Source: Candidatus Zhuqueibacterota bacterium (lineage in GTDB: Bacteria; Zhuqueibacterota; Zhuqueibacteria; Oceanimicrobiales; Oceanimicrobiaceae). Taken from it: a stretch of 35,709 nt of DNA. The notes under the pieces were generated by a model. It searched no databases. It saw nothing but the letters and a program-made list of their open reading frames with translations, and was not told where the DNA came from. Of this stretch, positions 10,025 to 19,600 are shown in pieces (within the stretch, counting starts at the first letter, position 1; each line of letters opens with the position of its first letter). The stretch covers positions 1-35,709 of the forward strand of contig JAJDAG010000041.1 of NCBI GenBank assembly GCA_029262005.1. The letters run 5' to 3'. The position numbers and the translations under genes were made by a program.

Positions 10025-10410
10025 TTATTCTCTTTTCCCTTGCTGCCGGATGCGCGCACATAACTCATAAGGCCGGAAATAAGAACACCGATTTCGCTTA
10101 CGGTGGCGCCCAGCTCTCTGAATATTTCCAGAGAAATATAACCTTGATCAAGTGCGATATAAAGCTGTGCCTTCACTTCACCAGTAGAGCCTTTTGCAAT
10201 CGAGAGAAATTGCAAAAAATCCCTCCTGCCACCGCGCTCGAACCCTTCAGCGATGTTGCTCATAATTGAGATAGCCGCCCGGCGAATTTGGTCGCGCAAG
10301 GCAAAATCATTTGCAAGTTCACCATGTGATGACAGTTTATAGATTTTTCGGGTTAATTCACGCGCCTTTCTCCAGCTATCAGTCTCCTCAAAACTCCGAA
10401 ATGTCGCCAT
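10021..10410 (-). CDS. Four-helix-bundle protein (TIGR02436 family, the so-called 23S rRNA intervening-sequence protein)
   Basis: Contains the family motif ...RDQIRRAAISIMSNIAEGFERGGRRDFLQFLSIAKGSTGEVKAQLYIALDQGYIS. Its stop overlaps the dinB start by 4 nt. Confidence 0.75.
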   Translation of the reverse strand: MATFRSFEETDSWRKARELTRKIYKLSSHGELANDFALRDQIRRAAISIMSNIAEGFERGGRRDFLQFLSIAKGSTGEVKAQLYIALDQGYISLEIFRELGATVSEIGVLISGLMSYVRASGSKGKENK

Positions 10411-10995
10411 TGCAACGCTCCCCTTTGTTAACCTTGATTATTATACTTTTTTTTAAAATAGAGCTTAACCGAATAGCATGTTTCATGTTACCTTTTGTTC
10501 GTCTGAAAAACATCAAACGCGAAGGACGCAAAGCACTCAGAGAAAGACGAGATGTCAATAATAAACTTTTATACAAATGCCTGACTTTTTAAATATTAAC
10601 CCGAATTATGCATCCGCCACAGAGGTACAGAGAGCACAGAGTAAAAAATATAAGATTAAAGTTTAAGAAAAATGCGAATCGCCACTTGCTCTTAAAAATT
10701 ATCTTTAATGAGAGCAGTTATTGTAAGTTTTGTATTCTCAGTGTGCTCTGTGTTTCTGTAGCAAAATTCATGAATAAAGCAGGTTAATTAGTGTTTGAGC
10801 GCGGAACACTTCCGCGGCAGTCATTCCCGCGATTTTTTGTGCGGGAATCTCCTGTCCAAATCATCAAGTTCCAGCATAAAAGAAAGCCGGAGTGACAGAA
10901 CTATTCGGGTTGTCGGTCAGGCATTAGTTATAAATCTTAATGCACAACTCAAGCTGAAAACAGAAATCAATTCAGAACAGCAGCAACTCAGCGTC

Positions 10996-11604
10996 TTACT
11001 TAAACGGTTGCCTGATGACTGTTTTCAACTTCTCCGGCGCAGTCCTGCGTGGATCGCCGAGATAAATCTCATGATGTTTGCCGTGCAATCTGCCGCCCTG
11101 TTCCTGGATAAACTCATGTATCCGGGCAATGGTTGGACCTTCATCGGAATAAGGGCCGATATGCATGATTTGCGCGGACCTCTTTTCATGCAAAGGCTCG
11201 AAACGCATCAGTGAAAGCGCGGGCAAGTCTTTCTTTTTCGCCGCCTCTGACTTGGCCTGTTCCACTAAATCAGTGGTGACAAATTCGGGCTGCATGATCA
11301 TGGCTGTCCAGAGCCAGGCATCTTTGTTTTCAGCGCTGAACTGAGACATGTCATCCGCCCACCAGAGGCCCTCTAACGGCAATACGCCGTAATCAACGGC
11401 CTGCGTTTTTTTTATCATAAACTTCAGTGTATATGAAACAGAGTAAAGTGTTTCCACCGCCTGCTGGTAGCTCGTCGCGGTATTGGGATTACCCTTGCCG
11501 TCGAGCATCAGGAAATTCATTGCAGGAACATCCACAACAGTGATTTCTTTTTTTGATGGGCTATAAAGGTGCTTTAATTCTTTTTTGAAATCAATTTTAG
11601 GCAT
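10996..11604 (-). CDS. GyrI-like small-molecule-binding domain protein (SbmC/GyrI superfamily)
   Basis: The N-terminus KKELKHLYSPSKKEITVVDVPAMNFLMLDGKGNPN is typical of stand-alone GyrI-like proteins. Length is ~200 aa with no DNA-binding domain. Confidence 0.6.
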   Translation of the reverse strand: MPKIDFKKELKHLYSPSKKEITVVDVPAMNFLMLDGKGNPNTATSYQQAVETLYSVSYTLKFMIKKTQAVDYGVLPLEGLWWADDMSQFSAENKDAWLWTAMIMQPEFVTTDLVEQAKSEAAKKKDLPALSLMRFEPLHEKRSAQIMHIGPYSDEGPTIARIHEFIQEQGGRLHGKHHEIYLGDPRRTAPEKLKTVIRQPFK

Positions 11605-11834
11605 GGTTCTGTCTTTCAGTTAATGAATGACAAATCAAATTCTGTTCGTCCCGGACAAAAATAAAATCCGTAAAAATTCGAAAGCACGTGCTGCTTTGGA
11701 AGAGATTTCCCGGCAACAAATTGGTTGTCGAGGCGCTTTTGATGTTCATGTTTTATTTTGATATTTTCTCTTTTTCAGTTTACTTGCAGTTGTAAATCCC
11801 GAGCGCTCTGCGGGGCTTGCCCGGGTTAAGAGGT

Positions 11835-12089
11835 TCATCCCTCCAAATACACACGCGCCAATTTCCAGTTGAAGTCCGCTGTATCAAAAACCAGTTCAAA
11901 GCAGTCCGGCGTGTTGGCAGTGACAGAAAAATGGTACTGTCGGCTCAAACCTTCCTGCACAGACCAGGAACTGTTGACACGGCTGATTTTATAAACTTCA
12001 CCTTGCCATTTAAAACGCAGAGGGTGCAACTTCCCCTGTTCAAAAAATGTGATGACCTCAATAGATTCGTGAATTTCTTCATATGACAT
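11835..12089 (-). CDS. Hypothetical 84-aa soluble protein of unknown family, immediately downstream of lexA
   Basis: An intact ORF with no recognisable motif. The Shine-Dalgarno is weak. A lexA-upstream-like motif lies ~80-110 nt upstream. Confidence 0.4.
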   Translation of the reverse strand: MSYEEIHESIEVITFFEQGKLHPLRFKWQGEVYKISRVNSSWSVQEGLSRQYHFSVTANTPDCFELVFDTADFNWKLARVYLEG

Positions 12090-12223
12090 AGGTGTAGTGC
12101 CGGATGAATATTATCAAAGCCAAACGGTCTGGAAACTCGAAACGCAATTGGGCTGCCTGGCAAGTCTTCGCGTGAAACGACAAAATAACCCGTCACTTCA
12201 CCTTGCAGTTTTGTTGGTCAGGT

Positions 12224-12862
12224 TTAGTTCACTGCTTGCCGAATTAAAGCCACAACTTTGCCCTGCACCGACCATTCTTCAGCAGGACGAATATTAGAGT
12301 AACGCTTATTTTCCGGCTTAAGATAACGTTCCTGCCCATCATCCATAAAACGCTTGACCGTTGTTTCATTGCCAATAAGCGCAACCACAATATCGCCGCT
12401 CTTGGCAAAATTGGTTGAGTGCACAACCACAAGATCATCTTCATGGATACCTGCCTCGATCATGCTGTCGCCCTGAACCTTTAAAGCAAAAAAATCACCT
12501 TTCGATGGCAACAAATCTTTAGGAATGGTCATAAACCGCTCTACGTTTTCATCGGCAAGTAAAGGCGAGCCTGCCGACACAGACCCCACGAGCGGCACAT
12601 TGGCAACATCCGGCGTGTTCAGAAACCCGAGAGGCTCCAAGATGCGAATACCACGAGCCGTACCGCCTTCACGTTTGCTAATATAGCCTTTTTTTTCCAA
12701 AGCGTTTAGATGTCTCAGAACAGCATTTTTTGATGCCACGCCAAATTCATCGGCCAACTCCTGCAAAGTAGGCGGAAAACCAGCCTCATTAACTTTCTGA
12801 GCGATAAGCCTTAACACATCTCTCTGTTTGTCTGTTAACGATTTCATGCTTTTCCCTCTCAT
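12224..12862 (-). CDS. lexA: LexA repressor (SOS regulator, S24 peptidase)
   Basis: It has a winged-helix N-domain (LTDKQRDVLRLIAQKVNEAGFPPTLQELADEFGVASKNAVLRHLNALEKKGYI). The cleavage and catalytic region is VQGDSMIEAGIHEDDLVVVH ... VTVKRF, with Ser in GDSM and the catalytic Lys in VKRF. GAGGG lies 7 nt upstream of the ATG. Confidence 0.9.
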   Translation of the reverse strand: MRGKSMKSLTDKQRDVLRLIAQKVNEAGFPPTLQELADEFGVASKNAVLRHLNALEKKGYISKREGGTARGIRILEPLGFLNTPDVANVPLVGSVSAGSPLLADENVERFMTIPKDLLPSKGDFFALKVQGDSMIEAGIHEDDLVVVHSTNFAKSGDIVVALIGNETTVKRFMDDGQERYLKPENKRYSNIRPAEEWSVQGKVVALIRQAVN

Positions 12863-13211
12863 TTGTGAAACAAGTAAACCCGGTCAAAAGTAGTGAACAT
12901 AAACATACAGTGACACAATGTTCACCTATTAAAATAACACTTTCTTTTTCAAAGTCAAGCTCAATTTGTTACTTTTTTCTGAGCAACGGAGAAAAGGGGC
13001 TTGTGCAGCGTTGTTCACGTTATTTTTGGCTTTCCACAAATGCCGCTTCAGCAGTAGCCTACCTGTCCGGCTCCGGAGATACAATCCAGAAATCAACGAT
13101 TCCGCAGGGATTCTCTGAAGGGTTGGGCGCGGGATAATTTGTGCCACGGGGCGGGCTAAAAACGGGGGTTGAAATTCCTCAGCGAACGATCTTCTATATC
13201 GTTAGAACGAT

Positions 13212-13550
13212 TTATGTAAAGGTCTCATTTGTTTTTGCAGCCATTATAAAATCATTACGATGAAGACCATTTATTTTATGAGTCCACCACCAAACAGTGA
13301 CTGAATTATATTCAACTTGAAGAACGGGATGATGGTCTTGAGAATTAGCGATAGCAGCTATGGCGTTAACAAATTTTATCGTTTCAATGTAGTTTTTTGT
13401 TTTGAAACAACGCTTAAGTTTTTTAATGCTATCATCTTGAATAATTTCCCACTCAGGAATGACCTGAATATATTCCTTTATTTGTTCGCTGGTTACTAGT
13501 GGCGCACCGGCCTGACAAACTTCGCATTTACCATTAACAAAATCTTCCAT
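13212..13550 (-). CDS. phhB: Pterin-4-alpha-carbinolamine dehydratase (PCD/DCoH)
   Basis: Carries the PCD signature (D/E)HHPxLxVxYNxVxVxWxTH in the sequence DHHPVLQVEYNSVTVWWWTHKINGL. Confidence 0.8.
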   Translation of the reverse strand: MEDFVNGKCEVCQAGAPLVTSEQIKEYIQVIPEWEIIQDDSIKKLKRCFKTKNYIETIKFVNAIAAIANSQDHHPVLQVEYNSVTVWWWTHKINGLHRNDFIMAAKTNETFT

Positions 13551-13836
13551 GGGGTAATCCTTAATATATAGCTCTCAACGTTTGTCTCAGCCGACCCAGC
13601 AGGTCGGATGGAGACCTTTGTTATGTGATGCATTGCCAATTTCAAGTTGGTTCATCGACAATTTGCTTCTCCCATCACTATGCTAGCATCGCGAACACTC
13701 GAAGTCAGAAACGTGTGGGAGTTAGAAGTGTATAAAACCAATATAAAACAGCAAATTAACAATGTCAAAAGAAAAATATAAAGTGATTAAGATGCCTAAA
13801 ACGGACTTGTTTTGAGTTGTTTGGCTTTCCACAAAT

Positions 13837-13869
13837 GCCGCTCCGAAAAATGGGCTTTCCCGGAGCGGC
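13837..13869 (-). terminator. Hairpin directly downstream of the htpG stop, with a 9-bp GC-rich stem GCCGCTCCG/CGGAGCGGC and a 15-nt loop
   Basis: A perfect inverted repeat was read directly in the sequence; the trailing U-tract on the minus strand is weak. Confidence 0.4.
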
Positions 13870-13896
13870 AATTAGTAGAAATGAGCGCAGGTCGCT

Positions 13897-15780
13897 TTAT
13901 TTTGTTGCTTCTACCATCAATTCGGTCATGCGGCTGACGAACTCGTTTGGCGAAGTCAGGCTGCCTTCGATTAGCAACGCACCCTCGTAAATTTGTAAGA
14001 TGCTGTTGCGTAGCACGGCGTCATTTTCATCGGCGATAATGCGTTTGCCGAGATTTTTGATGAGCGGATGTGCCAAGTTGATTTCCAGAATTTTTTTCGA
14101 GCCCTCGTAATCCTGGTTCATCATCTTCATCATTTTTTCCATGTGCTGATCCATTGCCTCTTTGCCAACTACCAGAGTCGCCGCAGATTCAACCAGGCGT
14201 TTTGATTCAATCACATCCTCAACTTTGTCTGCCAGGGTCTTTTTGAATATTTCAATGAGTGACTTGGACAGGTTTTCACTCAAAGCTTCTTTGTCACCAT
14301 CTTTGTCTTCGTCTGGGGCTATCTTCAGATCGGCCTTGTCGATAGAAACGATTTTTTTGCCGGCGTATTCATTCAGCGACGGTACGATAAAGACATCGCT
14401 TGGCTCAGACAGCAGGAGCACTTCGATCCCCTTCTTCCTGAAATATTCCAGTTTTGGGTTGCGCTCAATGGCTTCCCGGTGCTCACCAGACAGGTAGTAA
14501 ATTTCCGTCTGCTCTTCCGCCATTCTTGAAACATACTCTTGCAAAGAGGTGAGTTCCTCCTTTTCAGTTTTAGTTGTTTCGAATCGTAATAGCTCGACAA
14601 TCTTGTCTTTATTGGTAAAATCGGAATTCACACCGGTTTTGAAAATCGGCCCAAAGTTTTTATAGAATTTCTCATATTTGTTTTTGTCCTTTTTGGCCAA
14701 GTCTTCAAGGAACTTGAGAGTCCGCTTGGTTAGAATATTATTAATTTTTGTCATGGCCGGACTTGATTGCGTCACTTCACGAGAAACATTCAAAGGCAGA
14801 TCTTCTGAGTCGACTACCCCGCGCAGGAATCGCAAATATTCCGGCAGCAGTTCCTTGCAATCATCCTGAATAAAAACTTTGTTTGAGTATAAATGCAACG
14901 ATTTCTCCAGGTGTTCACGCAAAAACATGGATGGCGCGGCTTCCGGGATGAAAACAAGCGCTTTGAAATTGACGGCGCCTTCTAGCGACAGATGCATGTG
15001 CGCCAACGGCGGACTGAAATCGTTGGACACGAATTTGTAGAATTCATGCAGCTCTTCTTCTTTGATGTCCTTTTTCTTGCGGTGCCAGAGCGCACTGACC
15101 CGATTGACTTCTTCTTTGCCAATATGAATTGGAAAGTCGACGAAGTTGGAGTATTTTTGGATGATACTCTTAACCCGATACTCCTCACTGAAATCTTTGT
15201 GTTCCTTTTTCAGTTTAAAATTTATTTTAGTGCCCCGGTTCTCTTTATCGATTTCCTCAATAGTGAATTTGCCTTCGCCGCTGGAAGTCCAGCGGTAACC
15301 CTTGGAGCCAGAGTCCGCGTGACGGGTTTCAACCACAACTTCGTCTGTCACCATGAAAACAGAATAAAAGCCAACACCAAATTGGCCGATCATGCTGCTG
15401 TCCAGTGCTTTGCCGGCTTCTTTCATTTGCTTGAGGAATTCCATTGTTCCGGAACTTGCAACTGTTCCCAGGCGGTCAACCAATTCTTCTTTGGTCATAC
15501 CCACACCGGAATCTTCTATTGACAAAGTGTGCTTCTCAGCATCTAATGCAATATTGATTCGAAGATCAGCATCGGCGTTGAGCACATTTGTATCCGTTAA
15601 CATTCGAAAACGAACCTTGTTTAACGCATCAGATGCATTGGAAATCAATTCACGAAGAAATACGTCAGGATGTGTATAAAGCGAGTGAACGATCAGATTA
15701 AGCAATTGCTTCATCTCTGCTTTGTACTCAAATTCCTGGGCTGTTTTCTTTTTCTTACCGGTTTTTGTTTCTGCTGCCAT
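13897..15780 (-). CDS. htpG: Molecular chaperone HtpG (Hsp90)
   Basis: Contains the GHKL ATPase N-domain (ELISNASDALNK, GQFGVGFYS). At 627 aa it matches bacterial HtpG length and shows the expected middle/C-domain pattern. AGGAG lies 8 nt upstream of the ATG. Confidence 0.95.
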   Translation of the reverse strand: MAAETKTGKKKKTAQEFEYKAEMKQLLNLIVHSLYTHPDVFLRELISNASDALNKVRFRMLTDTNVLNADADLRINIALDAEKHTLSIEDSGVGMTKEELVDRLGTVASSGTMEFLKQMKEAGKALDSSMIGQFGVGFYSVFMVTDEVVVETRHADSGSKGYRWTSSGEGKFTIEEIDKENRGTKINFKLKKEHKDFSEEYRVKSIIQKYSNFVDFPIHIGKEEVNRVSALWHRKKKDIKEEELHEFYKFVSNDFSPPLAHMHLSLEGAVNFKALVFIPEAAPSMFLREHLEKSLHLYSNKVFIQDDCKELLPEYLRFLRGVVDSEDLPLNVSREVTQSSPAMTKINNILTKRTLKFLEDLAKKDKNKYEKFYKNFGPIFKTGVNSDFTNKDKIVELLRFETTKTEKEELTSLQEYVSRMAEEQTEIYYLSGEHREAIERNPKLEYFRKKGIEVLLLSEPSDVFIVPSLNEYAGKKIVSIDKADLKIAPDEDKDGDKEALSENLSKSLIEIFKKTLADKVEDVIESKRLVESAATLVVGKEAMDQHMEKMMKMMNQDYEGSKKILEINLAHPLIKNLGKRIIADENDAVLRNSILQIYEGALLIEGSLTSPNEFVSRMTELMVEATK

Positions 15781-16409
15781 TTATCAAAACTCCTATTATG
15801 TTTCTTTGCTATACGTAACTGGTCTTCAAGTCTCCACTGTGGAGGCTTGTACTTCCCCATTTGCATTTAATTCACATGCCATTTTCAGGCACCCTGCCCG
15901 ATTGACAGAAGCGGGCATGCGCAGCTCCCACTCCGTTTTATTCGGCTGAGAATTTACACAAGCAGGAAGAAAAGGTCAACTGTTTTTAGAAAAAAATACC
16001 TTTAAAACTGTCGCACTTGGAACTTGAAACTAAGTCTTAAGAATTCACAACATCTTTATAATTCAGTAACCATTCGGTACTCCACCTGCTTTCGCAGTCT
16101 CAATTGAGGCAACTGTATATGAGTTGCCCAGAAGCTATTGGCGATTGGCAAAAAAATCAATGCGTTTGTTAATGTTTAACCGAAAACGCTTTTTTGGGTC
16201 ATTTCGACGAGTCGAAGAAATCTGGAAGCACATCAATACCTGTACTTCAACAAAATTGAAGCCTATGGTAATCACATTACAGCTAAACAAAACTTGCCGC
16301 TTAAATCCTCAAAAATTGAGGGCAACAGCGAATAGTTAAAAGCAAATAGCTGAATTGTCACGAAAAAAACATGTAAATTATTAACGTTAATAAACATAAT
16401 AGAATTATC

Positions 16410-16438
16410 TTGACAATCCTTTGCGATTAGTTTATATT
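16410..16438 (+). promoter_or_regulatory. Consensus sigma70-type promoter TTGACA-N17-TATATT, ~170 nt upstream of the 16611 CDS
   Basis: An exact -35 hexamer at 16410-16415, a 17-nt spacer and an exact TATATT at 16433-16438. Confidence 0.6.
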
Positions 16439-16610
16439 TATTACCATTATTAAACAATTTTCAAAGGGACATGACCTTTTGGAGATTTACTACACACTTA
16501 AGTTCGGGAGTTCCCGAGCGCACTTCACGTTGATTTTCTACGACCAAGTTGACACGCTCAGTCCCATGGAAAGGAGCACAAACCGTTAACGCAGAGATCA
16601 GGCACCGATT

Positions 16611-19600
16611 ATGAATACCCTATTAGAATGTAAACTTCGTACAAGTCTGGCCGGCTTAGTTTTATTTTTGCACATGCTATCGCCGGGAGCCGGACTGTTT
16701 GCACAATGGTCCAAAGATGCATCCCGCAACAACACCATTGCTACGCTGGACATCAGTTCGCAACAAAAAGCCGTTATTGCCAGTGATCGGCAAAACGGTG
16801 CAATCATCCTTTGGGAAGACACTCGCAACGGTAGTGTTGATGTTTATGGCCAACACATTCTTGAATCTGGCGAATTCGGCTGGACTCCGAATGGAATCGA
16901 AATAGCTGTCGGTGACAGCATGCAGCAAGCGCCGGGCATTGCCGTAACCGATACCGGAACTTTTTTTGTTGCCTGGCTGGATGAAAACAATATTGTTTCA
17001 GACATTCATGTGCTCTTGCAGGCATTTCGCAGCAATGATGCCGGTAAAATCTGGAATGCTGCGCGGGTTGTGCACCAGGGTGACAATTCTCCTCCCCGCG
17101 TTATGTTGAGTGGAAGCGGTGAAATAATCACAGCAACATATCTAAGCGCTAGATTTGATGATGTAATCAGTTTTCAGATTACCGATGCCACAGGCCAGCC
17201 TCGTTTTTTTCCTGAACAGGCAGTGGCCAATGACAGTGCCAAAGGGCGCCAGCCGAGAATTCAGCCGGCGGTAACCACAGCGCTAAATGGTGGGGTTATG
17301 GCGGCCTGGACCGACAGCAGGGCAGATTCTGCTATCTATGTGACCGGCATTCATCCTAACGGAACCAAGTGGACAGAAGGTGATAAACGCTTGAGCGAAT
17401 CGGCGGCATTCGCTACATACCCTGTCATCACCTCAGACGGTCAGGCGGGCGCCCTGATAGCATGGATTCAACCGGTGCCGGGTGCTGAAGACGACATGGT
17501 AAGAGTCACCCGCATAGATGAAACCGGCAATCCTGTCTGGACGATACAGGTAGTTGAACTTACAACAACCACAGGCAGAAAAAAGAACCTGCAGATTGCC
17601 TCAGACAATCGCAACGGCGCTTATCTGGTTTGGACAAACCTGAGTAACCCCAACGCCAAACTATACGCGCAACGCATCAAAGTTGATGGTGAGGCCTGGA
17701 GTAGCGATGTTGCCCTTTCCAACGCGGTGGGCGCACAGCTTAGCGCCAACGTGTCTAATAATGGCGGCGGCGACCTCCTTTGTGCCTGGCAGGATGATCG
17801 CCACGGAGAGCCCGACATTGTGGCTCAGGCGGTTGACTCAACCGGCGCCTTGATTTGGAATGCAGATGGCGTTGAGGTGTCCATTGCAGCAGGTGTTCAA
17901 GCACAACCGGTTTTAACAAATGATGGCCTTGGCGGCGCCATCATCACCTGGCAGGATGAGCGCAATATCACACGCGACATTTACGCTCAACGAGTGAGTA
18001 TTACCGGTGAATTAGGTGAATTCAGGCGTGTGGCTATTTCCAATCCGACCACGGTAAGTGAATGGGAAATTGGCAGCGCGCAAACCATACAATGGCAGGC
18101 ATCGGCCGAAATAGAAAGCGTCCGCATTGAACTTTCGCGGGATGGCGGTCAGTTTTTTGAAGTCCTGCTTGATGGACTGGACAATATCAACCCGGCAGGC
18201 AATCAAGCAACCGTTCAAATCGTTAGCGGCCCGCCTTCAGAGCAATGCGTTTTGAGAATCAGCGCGACGCGCACACCATTTATCAAAAATACCAGTCAAA
18301 CCTTCAAAATTACAAACACTACCGGGCCGCTGATTTCACACGATGCTGTGACCACAGCCGATGCCGGCGAAGAACTAAACATCACGGCAGGCGTACTTGA
18401 CCAGAGCGGTGTGCAGGATGTGTCACTGGCTTACATCGTTGGCGGCAAGAACACCTTTATTTCGACAAACATGAGTGAAGGCGATGCAAGCATTTACACC
18501 GGGGTTATTTCGGCCGAGTCTGTAACAGAGCGCGGCTTGCGGTACTTCATCAAAGCAACGGATACCATCGGTGCCATCACTTATTCGGACACATTTGATG
18601 TGGCTGTGCGTTTCACAGCAGGCACGTTGACCAAACAAATTGCACTCGGTGCGGAGCAATCTGCTTATCGAATGATCTCTGCACCCAACGCGCTCGCGCA
18701 GCCTTTGGTCGATTCTGTTTTTACCATTTCCAATTTCGGTGTTTATGACACCACCAGTTGGCGCCTGTTTGAATATCGCAATGAAACCAATGTTGAAAGA
18801 GATTCTGCAACTGCAGCATCCTTCCTGTTCAATCCGGGACAGGCCTACTGGCTGATTTCCGGCAGCACCCGGGAAGTGAACTTCGGGCGTGGAGCCTCAG
18901 TGCCAACCGGCAGCACTTTTCCAATCACACTTAGTCCCGGATGGAACCAGATCGGCAATCCGTTTACATTCGCTGTCGCCTGGGAAGACATTGCCGCTGC
19001 AAACGCAAGCGCAATTATCAGCCGCCCATCGCTGTTCCGTGGCTCCTACATTATTCCCAATGTCATTGATCCTTTTGCAGGATACTTTCTTTTTAATTTT
19101 GGCGACCAGGACATCACCCTGCATATCCCGGCAAAAGAATTTGTTGACCTCGGCAAGTCCGTGGCCAAAAACACAGATGGTTTGCAGTGGGAAATACAAG
19201 TCAAAGCCTATTGTGAAGGCGCCATGGATGAATATAATTTCGTCGGCATTCATGACAATGCAGCCGCAGCCTGGGACCTAAACGACCAGCCGGAACCGCC
19301 GCCCATTGGCGCATTTGTTTCGCTCTACTTTCCGCAGAAGGACTGGGAGCGATTTGCAAATAATTACACCACCGATTACCGTGGGCAACTGGATCGTGGA
19401 CAAACCTGGGCGTTCGAAGTTCGCAACAACATTGCCAATTCCGAGGCACGGGTTGAAATCGCGCCGGAAGCATTGCCCGCCAATTTGAAGATAACCCTGC
19501 TGGATGAAAACCTGAATGTAAGTCAGGACTTGCGCGACAACCCGGTTTACACATTTCCCACAGGCACTTCCGTGGCAACTAAAACGCTGAAACTTGTTAT

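Noticed and set aside
12865-13147. 90-aa and 72-aa ORFs in the lexA upstream region
   Set aside because: They overlap the lexA promoter/operator and the 22-nt repeat element, and have no coding features
15840-15870. Sigma32-like CCCCATTT element near htpG
   Set aside because: It is on the plus strand (the wrong orientation for htpG) and has no TTGAAA partner at the right spacing. No convincing CIRCE or sigma32 promoter was found for htpG
15781-16610. Small ORFs (75, 71 and 61 aa) in the htpG / surface-cluster divergent intergenic region
   Set aside because: They are basic, low-complexity translations without start-site signals and overlap the promoter region, so they are most likely non-coding
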